NCBI GenBank assembly: GCA_010909165.1
Contig: MU008174.1
Span: 1,116,001 to 1,180,000, forward strand
Source of the DNA: Anthoceros angustus
Taxonomy: Eukaryota; Plantae; Anthocerotophyta
Direction: 5' to 3'
Length of the DNA stretch: 64,000 nt
The notes under the pieces are model-generated. The model was not told the DNA's origin and did no database searches. It saw nothing but the letters and a program-made list of their open reading frames with translations. Shown in pieces: positions 1-11,242 of the stretch; the stretch's first letter is position 1; each line of letters starts with the position of its first letter. The translations under genes and the position numbers were made by a program.

Positions 1-141
1 GGTGTGGGAGCGATCTTGGAGTCCCATCCCGATGGGATCGTATTGTAGGTGGACATCGAAAATGCTTTTAACACAATCTATTGGGCGACCATTTTTTACG
101 AGCTCAAGGATGCAGGTGGGCAGCTTGCCACCCTTATCCCT
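1..141 (+). mobile_element. Non-LTR retrotransposon reverse transcriptase fragment (degenerate, CRE/SLACS-like)
   Basis: Frame 1 reads GVGAILESHPDGIVL*VDIENAFNTIYWATIFYELKDAGGQLATLIP. This matches the 'VLQVDxxNAFN...IFxELxxAGGQL' RT segment of non-LTR elements in seed-free plants. One in-frame stop; cut by the window edge. Confidence 0.6.
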
Positions 142-455
142 CCAGAAAACTATACATCTCATGTCCAGCTACCGTGTTCGACACACTATCCATGAAAGGT
201 AAGGGGTGGTGGTCCTTTTTCGTTGCTTCATTGAGCTTTCTGAAATTTTGACACACCCGTACCTTCCCTTGTTGCTTCTTAGGTACAATAACGATGGGGG
301 CAACCCACTCACTGGTAAGCACCGGGTAAATTACCTCAGCCTCCAAGTATTGGTCCAGCTAATCCTTGACGACCATAGAATACTTGGGATTCAATCTATA
401 TTGCTTGATCCTTACAGGAGTGCTGCCCTCCTTCAAATCGATTCGGTGTATCCCC
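140..455 (-). mobile_element. Ty3/gypsy reverse transcriptase N-terminal fragment (pseudogenised)
   Basis: Minus strand reads GIHRIDLKEGSTPVRIKQYRLNPKYSMVVKD*LDQYLEAEVIYPVLTSEWVAPIVIVPKK...NFRKLNEATKKDHHPLPFMD...GHEMYSFLEG. This is the canonical gypsy RT start. It has an internal stop and ends where 'DGFSGYNQI' should follow. Confidence 0.85.
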
Positions 456-1573
456 AATCCTATTGCTTGATCCTTATAGGATTTTCATAATAAAGTCTTC
501 CGACACTACCTTTGGTGTGTGTCGCCATGTAGTGATTTGCACGTAAGAATTTAACCCCCGTTTCGTATTCCACGCGTAAGACAAGAAAATTGCGATGGAT
601 CCGGATTCCGGAATGAAACACTTGGCTGATGAAGGGCTGACTGTCGTCCTAGTCAGAGGTACGGTGGAGGAACGAGTTGGCGACAGCCACGGACCAACGG
701 TCTGACCTGAGTTGCCGCAGAAGCCGTGTTGGGCGATACTGGTAGCGTCTCCAACAGGTCCCCGATGCTTGCGGAATCCTGTGAAATTGCAGCGCGCAAG
801 CACAACCAATTCGAATGCCCTCTCTTGCATGCACGTAGGCGCAAGTGGGCAGTAGTGGATCGACTGCCCATTTTCGCCGGGAGCTCTTCACCCACTCGCT
901 AGGCTGCAGCTGGAGGGGAGGCAAGCTTTTCTGTGGTCTGCAGGCCTTGTGGCTCGCATAACGGGTTGCACTTGTTAGCGGAAAAGCAGGCAGTCGGAGG
1001 AAAGTTCCCCGTTCATGTGACATGAGGAGAAATATTTCCACGCTCACTGTCGATGACACGGTTCAGAATTCTGTAAGGCTGCATCTGGTATCTCCGAGCT
1101 GCCAATTCTGCAGGAAGAACGTACCGGGCTCCAGGTGAGGGAGAGAGTGTCGGGAGGGAGCTGGCTTTAGCTTGAAAGTCGGTACGAGTCATCTGTTTCG
1201 TCAGCTTTTGCTACCGGTGTAGCCGTGCCCTTGCGTGGCCTCTTGCTGGTCCGTTTTTCTCGGCAAGGTTGCGGAGCTGGGTGGGGGAGGCTCCGGGTTT
1301 TAGAAACTGCGGGAGCAATTTCCGCAAACAAGCTCGTGAGATTTCCCGTCCTTTTCTCTGTGGGTTCCGCTGTTGGAAGGCCGTGTAGCAAGCTTGCCGG
1401 TTCCGGCTCTGGAAGCAACTTTGTGTCACTTTCTTTTGATTCGTGCGCGAGTAGGTTGGTGATGTGCTTGGAATTTGAGTGCAGTTATCTCGCTGATGAA
1501 AAGTTCGTTTGCTTGTTGTTTACTCTTGGTGCATTCAGGCCTCGGGATCGTGGGATACCGAGATAGGCATCTG

Positions 1574-1586
1574 TCTATATATATAT
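1574..1586 (+). promoter_or_regulatory. Putative TATA element (CTATATATATATT) upstream of BCKDHA
   Basis: TA-rich run about 75 nt upstream of the ATG at 1658 in an otherwise GC-balanced region; positional inference only. Confidence 0.35.
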
Positions 1587-1657
1587 TGTATGCGTGAGAG
1601 GGATTAGAGGCTTATCGGAAGGGATTGTAGAATTGTAAGGGACGTACGAGGATCAGT

Positions 1658-4017
1658 ATGGCTTCCAGGCGTGCAGTTGTGACCATTCTTGGTCCTATTG
1701 GTAGATCACGGCTTGTTTCCTTGAGATACGCTCTTCCCTCGGCTTGTATTACGCCTGATGGCATCATTCCAGCTCCCTCTACTTCATCTTCATCCGAGGA
1801 TGTCCCCATTCCTTGTCGTGGGAAGGGGGCCTTGAAGGCTGGTGGGCGATTCTGGGACCGTAAGTTGTTGCCTCCGGGTGGGATGAGGCCTGGTAAGGAC
1901 TTGGCCGGGGTTTCTCGTTCTTACGTTTTTGGAAGAGAGTGTGTCTCTCTGTCCTCCTGCCGAGGGTTGGTCTCAAAGCCGCAGAGGAGCAGCGTGGATG
2001 AGGACAGCGACCAGCCAGAGGTTATTAGTAGCAAAGACTACACTTTGAGTTGTTGAATTCCCTATCTGTAGAATTTCTGCAGTGGTGGAGGAGTGTCATT
2101 TTGTTCAACGAGTTGAGCAGTATGTTGGACCAGTGCATAGCTGTCTAACGGGTTACGTGAATGCTGTTGCAGTTCTTGGACTTTCCTGGAATCAATGTTC
2201 ACTACTCGTACGAGATGAAGTTCGTTCCTGAAGTTGCTGATGTGCCAGTTCCTTGCTACCGAGTTCTGAATGAAATTGGTCAGGAGCTCCACACTGTACA
2301 ATCAACTGATGTAAGCTCCGTGTGCCTAGTGATGCTCTTGTCCCTTGAATGACAGCATCATATGCGTTTTGTAATACCTCTGTGTGTCACAGGTAAATTA
2401 TTCTCTAGCGAGAGCGATGTACTCGCATATGGTAACTCTCCAAACAATGGATTCGATTTTCTACGATGCGCAACGTCAAGGAAGATTTAGCTTTTACATG
2501 ACAACTAGAGGGGAGGAAGCAATAAACATTGCGTCAGCTGCAGCCCTACATCATGAAGACTTTATCTTTGCACAGGTGCTCTGTCTCTCCGAGATGCCTT
2601 CAATGTCCCTTCCTCTTCCCTGGTGAAGTTGCAGAACCTCACGCTCTGCTTTCTGTTGCTACAGTATAGAGAGCCAGGATTGCTTTTATGGCGGGGTTTT
2701 ACATTGCAAGACTTTGCGGATCAATGCTTCAGTAATGTATCTGATACGGGGAAAGGACGCCAAATGCCAATCCACTATGGATCTAAGGAATTAAACTATT
2801 CAACAATATCCTCCCCTTTAGCGTACGCAGACTCAAACAAGAAGCCACTCCTTTTTGCTCCTCTACAGTATTTCGTGGGCTGTAGAGGCTTGATTATCCA
2901 CTTTTGGTGTACCTTGCACAGGACACAGCTTCCGCATGCGGTTGGGGCAGCCTATGGGATGAAAATGGCGAAGCAAGCAGCTTGTACTGTTGCATACTTT
3001 GGTGAAGGTGCCACCAGTGAGGTGGGTGTGAACCTGGGTCTGTGACGTTCGTACTTTTCTGTGCTTAAGCATCCAACAGATGCAAAGTAGTACCACTGAC
3101 AGCTGTGCTGTGGATGTAGGGTGATTTCCATGCTGCCATGAATTTTGCAGCAGTACTGGAAGTTCCAGTACTATTCATCTGTCGTAACAATGGGTGGGCT
3201 ATCAGTACTCCATCGACTCAACAGTATAAGGGTAAAGGCTCAGCGCATACAGTCACCTTACTTCATACAGCAATATTTTAGTAGGAGGACCACTCAGTGC
3301 ATCACGCTCCGTGTTTCACATACAGGCGACGGTCTGATTGGTAAAGGACAAGCATATGGAATGAGAAGCATTAGGGTTGATGGCAACGATGCTTTAGCTG
3401 TCTATGGCGCTGTGAAAGAAGCGCGAAGGATGGCTGTAGAAGAATCGAGACCGATCTTCATTGAGGTGAATCCGGAAAACCTAATTGCTTCCTCGTACAG
3501 CACAGTGGTTGTGTATGAAAGCGTTACTTCCTTCTTGGTACTTTCATATAATGGCTCTCTTTACTGGCAGGCATTGACGTATAGGGTTGGTCACCATTCG
3601 ACGTCTGATGACTCATCCAGATACCGTTCAGGCGCTGAAATTGAGCATTGGAGAGATGTCCGCGACCCTGTCCTTCGATTCAGGAGATGGATCGAGGGAA
3701 AAGGCTGGTGGAATTTGGAGGAGGAGCAGAAGATCAGAGCCAAAGCACGTAAAGAGGTTCTGATAATACACAAACTCACCCTGCTTAGTTCCTTGTTCTC
3801 TCCTACTAGTAGAGTATGTAAAACTCAGAAATGCCCTGCCCCTCTGCAGGTCTTGTCGGCCATGACTGTTGCTGAATCCAAGAGGAAACCCCCGTTGTCA
3901 GATCTGTTCACTGAAGTTTATGACAAGGTCCCCAGCAATCTAAGGGAACAAGAAAAAAGCCTGCGAGAAACTGTTGCCAGATATCCCTGGCTGTATCCAA
4001 GCAACATCCCACTGTAA
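1658..4017 (+). CDS. BCKDHA: 2-oxoisovalerate (branched-chain alpha-keto acid) dehydrogenase E1 alpha subunit, mitochondrial; multi-exon
   Basis: Exons give LDFPG...[41 protein letters not shown], the TPP-binding [20 protein letters not shown]...CRNNGWAIS motif, RVDGND and the phosphorylation loop [16 protein letters not shown] introns. Arg/Ser-rich presequence from ATG 1658; TAA at 4015-4017. Confidence 0.95.
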
Positions 4018-4425
4018 ATATGGGTGTGGTAGAGTTTGTAACAACACACGTAGGATGTAAAATACGTAGGTGCCCTTGATTCGAAGGCTTTGATTTCGAG
4101 ATTCCAGATTGTAAAGTAGGTAGGTGAAATAGTTATGAAGGACTTTCTGCTCCCAAAGTCCTGCATTGCATTACACCTGCCAAGCTTGGCACACCTGTTG
4201 CATGTATCGGAACAGCCCATCACTGCAAGTGGGTGGAGGCTTCACATAGTATGAATGATCGTGTCCCGAGGTTGTTGGAAAACCTTGCATTTCGTTGTTG
4301 TTCCTGTTGATGGCCGAGAAGCCTCGTGTTATGGTTTCTCGATTCGCGTTTTAAAACACAGAAAAGGGTTTGCGGTAGTCTTGTGACGCCGAACAAACGG
4401 CGTCATATCAAGAGCGCGACTGGCA

Positions 4426-5325
4426 ATGGCGCCGGCGGCACGGCTGCTGCTGCTTCTGGCCCTGACAGCCATGTGTGTGCCGGCGCTGGCCGCTAAGAAG
4501 GTGACCTCGGCCCGCAAAGAGGATGTGAAGTTCATCAGGTGCGGGGTGTGCGAGCACATAGTGAAGCAGCTGGATGCTCAGGTGAAGTCCCAGAGGGAAG
4601 CAATTGCTCCTAAGAAGCTGACAGAGTTCCAGATCATCGAAATTGCGGAGAACATCTGCAGCTTGAAGAAGGCAGAGGGGGAATGGATGATGCGGATTGA
4701 CATTGTCGAAGCGGGAACGAAGCTGGAGCTTGTGGAACAGGCAGAGGAAGGAGAGTGCAAAACCGAGTGCAAGACCATTGAGCGCGCGTGCCAGGAGGTT
4801 ATGGGAGATCATGACATAGATGTGGCGGAGAGCATATACAACAAGCTTACTCACGGTGAGGCGCTGCATAATTTGCTCTGCAAAGATCTGAGTAAGGCTT
4901 GCAAGTATCCTGCTCCGCCTGTGCCGAAGAACAGAGCTCCAGGCGAGCCGTTCTCTCCGAAGAGCTCCAAGGATGCGGAAATTGAGCGGCTGATGCGCTC
5001 CATGAGCGACATGCCTGGAGCAGGAGGCATGAAGATGTACTCCAAGGATGATCTCCTTTCTTGGCCTGGCGTCGGGGGGGACGATGGCGGCCTGTCCGAG
5101 CACGAGGAAGATGAGGATGATGACTTCGACGATGAAGCGTATGTCTCTCCGGCAAACACTCGAAAACCTGCTGCGAAGACTTCGGGCTGGCGGGCACGGC
5201 GGGATCTCATCCTCAGTGGAATTGGCCATGTTGTGTCATCGGCAACAAGGCAGTTTCAAGATCTGGTAACTAACGCCAAGTCTCTGTTGCGGTCCATAGC
5301 TCCCGTTGCAAACGTTGAGTTGTAA
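4426..5325 (+). CDS. ER-type saposin-B/canopy (DUF3456)-like protein, similar to Arabidopsis SES1 family; single exon
   Basis: 299-aa ORF with signal peptide, 'ARKEDVKFIRCGVCE', six saposin-spaced Cys (CGVC, NIC, ECKTECKTIERAC, LC...AC), 'EIERLMRSM..MPGA.GMKMYS' and an acidic patch. Confidence 0.85.
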   Translation: MAPAARLLLLLALTAMCVPALAAKKVTSARKEDVKFIRCGVCEHIVKQLDAQVKSQREAIAPKKLTEFQIIEIAENICSLKKAEGEWMMRIDIVEAGTKLELVEQAEEGECKTECKTIERACQEVMGDHDIDVAESIYNKLTHGEALHNLLCKDLSKACKYPAPPVPKNRAPGEPFSPKSSKDAEIERLMRSMSDMPGAGGMKMYSKDDLLSWPGVGGDDGGLSEHEEDEDDDFDDEAYVSPANTRKPAAKTSGWRARRDLILSGIGHVVSSATRQFQDLVTNAKSLLRSIAPVANVEL

Positions 5326-5527
5326 TGTAATGCAGTCCTCTTACTTTTTCTTTCTCCTCTTGCGGCTTGCTCCCTTGAAGAAGAGATGAGCAGCACCGTA
5401 GTGAAGCTTGTTTGCAGCTCACCAGACATTCCAAATTGAATGAGGAAAGGGATCATTTCCCTACAGTTTTGATTGCGTTTGAGTCCTTTTTCTGCCTACT
5501 CAAACTGCATTCTTGAGAAATGGTTCT

Positions 5528-5590
5528 ACGAAGATGTCGCAAAGGTTCTATGAAGATGTCGCAAAGTTTCTGTGAAGATGTCGTGGTTCT
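5528..5590. repeat. 22-bp tandem repeat (about 2.5 copies) in the region between the converging SES1-like and GRXS16 stops
   Basis: ctacgaagatgtcgcaaaggtt / ctatgaagatgtcgcaaagttt / ctgtgaagatgtcg read directly. Confidence 0.75.
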
Positions 5591-5709
5591 GCACCAGTTC
5601 TGTACAAGTGGCTCATGTATGACACCAGAGAGTTTCCTGATGCTGCTTTGGACCTTGTACGATGATCTTCACCCTTGAATTGGGGAAAACGATCAGCTTC
5701 CTAAAGGTC

Positions 5710-6726
5710 TCATTTCTTGAAGATGTTCTTGATCTCTCCTGAGCTTACCAGCTCCTCTAAGACATCAGCTCCTCCGACGAACTCCCCCTTGACATAGAGC
5801 TGCGGAATGGTAGGCCACTGGCTGTATGTCTTGATGGCGTCCCTCACGCCTCGGTTGTGCTCCTCATCAAGAACATTGACAGTCTCGTAATCCACACCCT
5901 GCTCGTTCAAGATGGTGAGCACCTTGTGCGAAAATCCGCACTGAGGAGCTGTACGAGGCCCTTTGATGAAGGCAACAACAGAGTGCGACTTCACCACAGT
6001 GTCCAGCAGCTGCTCCAAGGTGATATTCAGCTTGGTGTCAGCCCTCGGCATGAGCTTCAGGTCAGGTTTCACTCGCTTCGCCTTCCTCTCTGTCCAGGTG
6101 GAGTTGCCCTGCACATTCCCCACAGGAACCTTGCCTGTTGCATCGATGTGCTCCTGCATCCAGGCCTGCCATGCTTCCGAGAGCGCTGCCCGATCTGGAG
6201 CATCTATGACATCAACCTGTAGGATTCAGAGAGGGCAGCATCAGCAACGGGACCAGGCCAATCAACCCTAGCCTTGCTACAACCAGGCCATCCAGCAGGG
6301 ACGGGGTAATGGACCAGGCACCTTGACAGAGCCGCAGAGTTCGGGAAGCTCCTGCAGGTGGTACTGGATGCTGGTGGAGACGCGTCTCGACAGCCCGACG
6401 TACTGGAGCTCGCCTTCTTTGTCGTACACAGCGTACACGCCGGGCGAAGCAGGAAATTCATTCGCCTTGCCATCTTCCCCGACGAACGGCGCGGCCTCAA
6501 CCTCCTGAATCTTCCTCACTGCGCGCACAAGGAGCGTTCGCGGCCCAGACGCATCCCTGCTTCTGGAGGAGGAGATGGACAGATGCGGTAGGCCCGGTCT
6601 CTGGATCCGATCCCGGAACGAGATCCTTGTCTGCCAGAAGGGTGCCCCGGAGCAAGAGATGCCTCGCCACGCGCTGGGACGGGCTGGACCAGAGGTGCAG
6701 GCGGTGGATGTGATCGTGGACGCCAT
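5710..6726 (-). CDS. GRXS16: Chloroplast monothiol glutaredoxin with N-terminal GIY-YIG-like domain; 2 exons (6726-6322, 6216-5710)
   Basis: Transit peptide, then 'PGVYAVYDKEGELQYVGLSRRV' (GIY-YIG-like), then a CGFS active site and 'SQWPTIPQLYVKGEFVGGAD'. GT-AG intron 6321-6217. Confidence 0.95.
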
Positions 6727-6915
6727 AGCCAAGGCTTGATCCACTCTTCCTCGGTGCGGAGGATGGGACTGCACAAACGGGGAACCGGATTCTCGTGTGA
6801 AACCAAAGGTGAGGATAATGTTATCTTTTTGCACCGTCTCCACATTTTGGTTGTTGCAGATGACAAGATGTTGCAGGGCCGTTGAGTTGCAGCAAAACAC
6901 ACGTTCTATGAAGCA

Positions 6916-7050
6916 CGATCTCATCTCACCATCACCGGACCTCACTATGATGTCATCCTCAACGTACCCCGCAGTGTATATGCTCGATCTCACCTCATCA
7001 TCATCGGACCTCACTATGATATCATCCTCAGAGTACCCCGCAGTGCATGC
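6916..7050. repeat. 69-bp tandem duplication between the divergent GRXS16 and PPR4 starts
   Basis: Copies begin at 6916 and 6985 (cgatctca..ggacctcactatgat..catcctca..gtaccccgcagtg). Confidence 0.9.
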
Positions 7051-7350
7051 ACTGGGGAGCACAAGCTTCGCCCGTCCTTGTCAAAGATAACTCTCCTTCC
7101 GCCTTAGCTTCTGCGAGCCAGTGTTATTAGGAAGGCAGCCATCCAGCTATTTCACAACCAACAAGAATTCAATTTTATAGACTCGCTGACGAACATTTGA
7201 ACGGACCTCCATTATCGTTTGCAAGCTGCAACTCCGCTTTATGTATTCCCGGCGCTGTGAAGTGAGAAGCCCTAGAAGGTAGGCGAATTCACGACTCGCC
7301 CACGATGGAGATGGCAATTCTGGTGCTGTGGACGACAACGGAATTGTGAA

Positions 7351-10300
7351 ATGCTGACCATGGCTGCCACTTTCGGCAGCGTGTGCGTCTCTGATCACAA
7401 GTGGTATCTGGCCACCAGCCTGGGGGATCAGAATGCTCTTTCTGCCACACCGTGGAGACCCAGATTTCACGGCAATGGAAATGCTGAGGTGCGGAGTCAG
7501 GTCACCTGTTCCACGTCTGAGTGCGCGCACAGGGGCTTGGGGAGCAGCATGAGGGCGACGAGCAAGGGCACGAGGCGGCGGGAAGCAACCGGGGGTGCGG
7601 CGGAGGCTGCAAGTCTGGAGGAGGCTCAAGAGCAAGGGGAAAGGGACGAGGCGGAGTCCCGGTTGAATATTCCCGGGGATCCTGGCAAGGTGTTCGTCTC
7701 CAATTTGCCGCTGCATGTACAAAAGGAGGCTATCAGGAAGTACTTCAGGCAGTTCGGGCAGATTGACAATATTGTGCTCATCAGAAGCTTGGAGGATCCA
7801 GAGAAAAACAGGGGGTACTGTTTTCTGTATTATGGGGGGCTGGATGCGGTTGCTTCTGCGGTGCGGGCCACGGAGATGGACGGAGCCAAGTTCCATGGGA
7901 ACATTATCAGTGTGAGACTCGATGATGGCCGGAGGGCGAGAGCCAAGCGGCAGGAGAGGGACAGGTGGGTGCAGGGGGAGGAGAGGGAGTATCGAACCCC
8001 GTGGCATGAAGAGCGAGAGAAGGCTGCTATTGGGTTCAGGAAATGTGTTGAGCAGGGGAGCAGTTCGTTGCAGCAAGTGGTTTCGGCTTTCCAAAAGATT
8101 GACAAGGTACTGTTTGAGCTGTTTGGCGAGGGATAAGTGTTAGCTGTGTGTCGAAGATATGCCTAGGAGTAGCTGCTGTGGGAGCATTCAGTTGGGAGCG
8201 GCAGGAGGAGGTGGTCCTGTCTTTGGAAGGGTTGTGGGATGACATGTAGAGTTTTGATTTTTTTGTTTTTCAGCCAGATCGACGGGACTATGCATTGTTC
8301 GTAAATTACTATGCAAAACGTGGTGACAAGCATGGTGCTCGTGCAGCATTTGAGAACATGCGGGCGCGGGGAATTGAACCCAATGTACATGTGTATACCA
8401 AGTAAATCCTTCAACTCTGGTGGCCGGGAGTGAGTGAGTGACTGTCACACATGTTCGTTGTATGTAGGTTGGTGGTGATGTGAGATGCCTTAGGCCAGCG
8501 TCGGTTCCGCTTTTTCACCCTTGGTTTCACCTGCAGCCTAGTGCATGCCTATGCTATGAGCAAAGACATGCGCGGAGCAGTGGCATGCGCGGAAGACATG
8601 GAGGCTGAAGGCATTTCAATGAGCGAGGCTACGTACAGTGTCTTGATCTCTGGGTTTGCCAAGTGCTGCAACTCTGAGTACGGTTTCTGCCACTGTCTGC
8701 CTGGGATTTGCCATACTGCAAAGCTGGCTCTGTTATTTTGCTTCGGCACCTGCCCTCATACATATGTCTTCTGGCAGGGATGCAGAGAAATGGTTCCAAA
8801 AAGCTAAGGCATCACATTGTCCTTGTAACGCTGTTATATACAATAACATAATCAATGCATACAGGTGAGCCCTGCCTCGGTGATGGTTACCCACATGTTG
8901 GTGTAGCTTCTGTATGCACTCACGCTTGGGCTCCGGGAGCTGCAGCCTGCTAAGCTTACCGTCCAGGTGACATACACCTTCACAGTGTCTTCTACGGTCA
9001 TGGGCGGCGGGGGATCATGAGGAGCTGTATCCCGGGATGCATTGTGCAGTTCACCGGGGAAGACATTCTGAAGGTGTATCCAAGCTGGACAGGAATCTTC
9101 GCAGGCCGCAGCTCACGGAGCCCGAGGTACAAAGCTTTACAGCTAACGTGCTAGTCATGGTTGCAGCAAAGCAGGAAAGATGTCGAAGGCAGAAGAGTTG
9201 TTGGTAGAATTAGAGGAAGAGGGACTAGATGTGACACTAGGATGCTACAACAGTCTTTTAGATGGATATGCAAATGCGGGGGAAGAGGAGAAGTGCTTAA
9301 ACGTCTTTTCTAGGTTGCAGGTACTGCTCCCCTAGTGTGAGGTTACTGGCAGCACCTGCTTGACAGTTCTCTGTGTTTCACAGACAAGAGCTAGTTCTTA
9401 TCTAGCTTGCTTGAACTGTGTTTCAGGAAGCTGGAATGTCCCCCACTAGTATCACATATGGATGCTTAATCCGTCTGTATACAAAGGTATATCAGAATGG
9501 AAGTGGGTGATCTGAAGTTGGTGTCAAGCTCATTGGTTTCCTCATCTCCAAGTATTGCACATGCTCATCAGTATCATGTGGACGTGCAGGTTGGGAGGAT
9601 TGCAAAGGCACTTGCAATCTGCAACGAGATGAAAGTGCAGGGTATCCCACACAACAAGAAAACGTATGCAATGATTATGGCTGGTTATGTCCAGCTGGGA
9701 GATTTTGCGAATGCTTTCACTATCTTTGAGGAGATGATGGAGCTTGGCCTGAAGCCAGATGTTGTGATTTACAACATCTTGATAAATGCCTTTTGCAAGA
9801 CCTCTCAGATGGACCGCGCATGTGGTCTACTTACACGCATGAGGGAAAATGGGCAGAGTCCCACTGCTCAGACGTATACCACCATCATTGATGGCTTTGC
9901 TCGAGTTGGTGATATCGATCGAGCTCTTTCAACTGTTCGAGATATGAGAAAGGCAGGGTGTTGGCCAAGCGCTGTAACGTACAACGTAATAATGCATGGG
10001 CTTGTGCAAAATCGCCAGGTATGTGTTTGATTCATCTTGGTTGTTGAAGGGTATATTCGGGAATGAAACTGCAGACATGTTTTGCCTCCGTGTCACTCAA
10101 ACCTGGGTTACTGGTTGCTGCAGGTCGGCAGAGCTGCGGCTATTATTGATGAGATGGTTTTGGCTGGAGTTGCGCCAAACCATAGGAGCTATTCCATCCT
10201 CATGGAGGGTTATGGAAACAATGGGGAGATCGGTACTGCCTTTGAGTACTTTAAAAGGATGAAGGCTGAGGGTTTGCAGCTGGATGTAGTATCGTATGGG

Positions 10301-11242
10301 TCTCTCCTCAAAGCCTGTTGCAAGGCAGGCCGGATGCAAAGCGCCCTTGCCGTCACAAATGAGATGACTGCTGCGGGAGTGGAGAGAAACACTTACATCT
10401 ACAATACCCTTCTCGATGGGTGAGTTCTCTGTGCAATAGGATGTTTCGTATAATACATCAGTTTACAAAATGTTGTGCTGGCAGCGCTAAGATATTTACC
10501 TCTATTTTCAGCTGGGCACAAAGAGGAGATATGTGGGAGGCAGCAGATGTCATGCAACAGATGCGCAAAGATGGGCTCGCACCAGACATCCACTCGTATA
10601 CTGCCTTTGTCAATTCCTGTTGCAAAGCAGGAGATATGCAGGTTGGTGTACCCACTGACCTATCTCTGCAGCTCAGGTGCTCCTGTCCGCATGCAGGCGA
10701 CCACTAATGTGCAATTCTTCTCACTGAGGTGCAATTGTTATTTCTCGCAGAGAGCAGTGGATACCTTGCAAGAGATGAAGCGAGTGGGCGTCGAACCCAA
10801 TTTGAAGACTTACACATCCTTGATCCATGGATGGTCAATAGCATCCTACCCTGAGAAGGCCTTAGCATGCTTTGACGAAATGAAGGCTGTGGGCCTCAGA
10901 CCTGACAAAGCTGTCTACCACTGCCTAATGACATCCCTACTGTCAAGGGCAGCAGTAGCAAGGCAAACCGTCTACGATGGCGTGGTCCGCATCAGCGATG
11001 AAATGGCAGCCATGGGTATGTGTGTGGACATACCCACAGCCAAGCACTGGCAGAAGTATCTTTTCAGAGCCGAAAGAATGGCTGGTGACCTCACCAGAGT
11101 TGTGGAAAGAATCTTCCCTCCGGACTGGGATCCAGATTGGCACAGAAAAGCTGTGGAGGGTGAGTTAGACGGATCCGACAGCTCGTGGGATAGTAGTGGA
11201 CACTCGGAAGATGAACATGATTCTGAGTCCGAATCCGAGTAG
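7351..11242 (+). CDS. PPR4: Chloroplast RRM + P-class pentatricopeptide repeat protein (rps12 trans-splicing factor family); multi-exon
   Basis: RRM (GKVFVSNLP...NRGYCFLYY...FHGNIISVRLDDG), then an array of P-type PPR repeats, ending 'PDKAVYHCLMTSLLSRA...HW...FPPDW'. All diagnostic of At5g04810/ZmPPR4. Exons join in frame with GT-AG introns. Confidence 0.95.
8925..9126 (+). ncRNA. Candidate intronic pre-miRNA / long hairpin in PPR4 intron 4 (8865-9166)
   Basis: 8925-9000 pairs with 9126-9051 over about 75 bp in one register, with only symmetric mismatches and G:U pairs, and a ~50-nt loop. No expression evidence is available. Confidence 0.5.

Noticed and set aside
474-1566. Several ORFs upstream of BCKDHA, including an 'IFLSYAW' TIR-like word and a degenerate zinc-knuckle-like 'SCHMNGELSSDC'
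   Set aside because: Isolated short motifs in stop-interrupted frames, with no supporting domain context or splice pattern. Could be a decayed TE but cannot be supported.
5528-5590. 22-bp tandem repeat as a regulatory signal
   Set aside because: Only about 2.5 decaying copies; consistent with simple slippage, so it is listed as a feature only.
6322-6520. GIY-YIG-like motif suggesting a mobile homing endonuclease
   Set aside because: It is the known N-terminal domain of GRXS16, not a mobile element.
7660-7930. RRM fused to a PPR array as a novel architecture
   Set aside because: This is the established architecture of PPR4.
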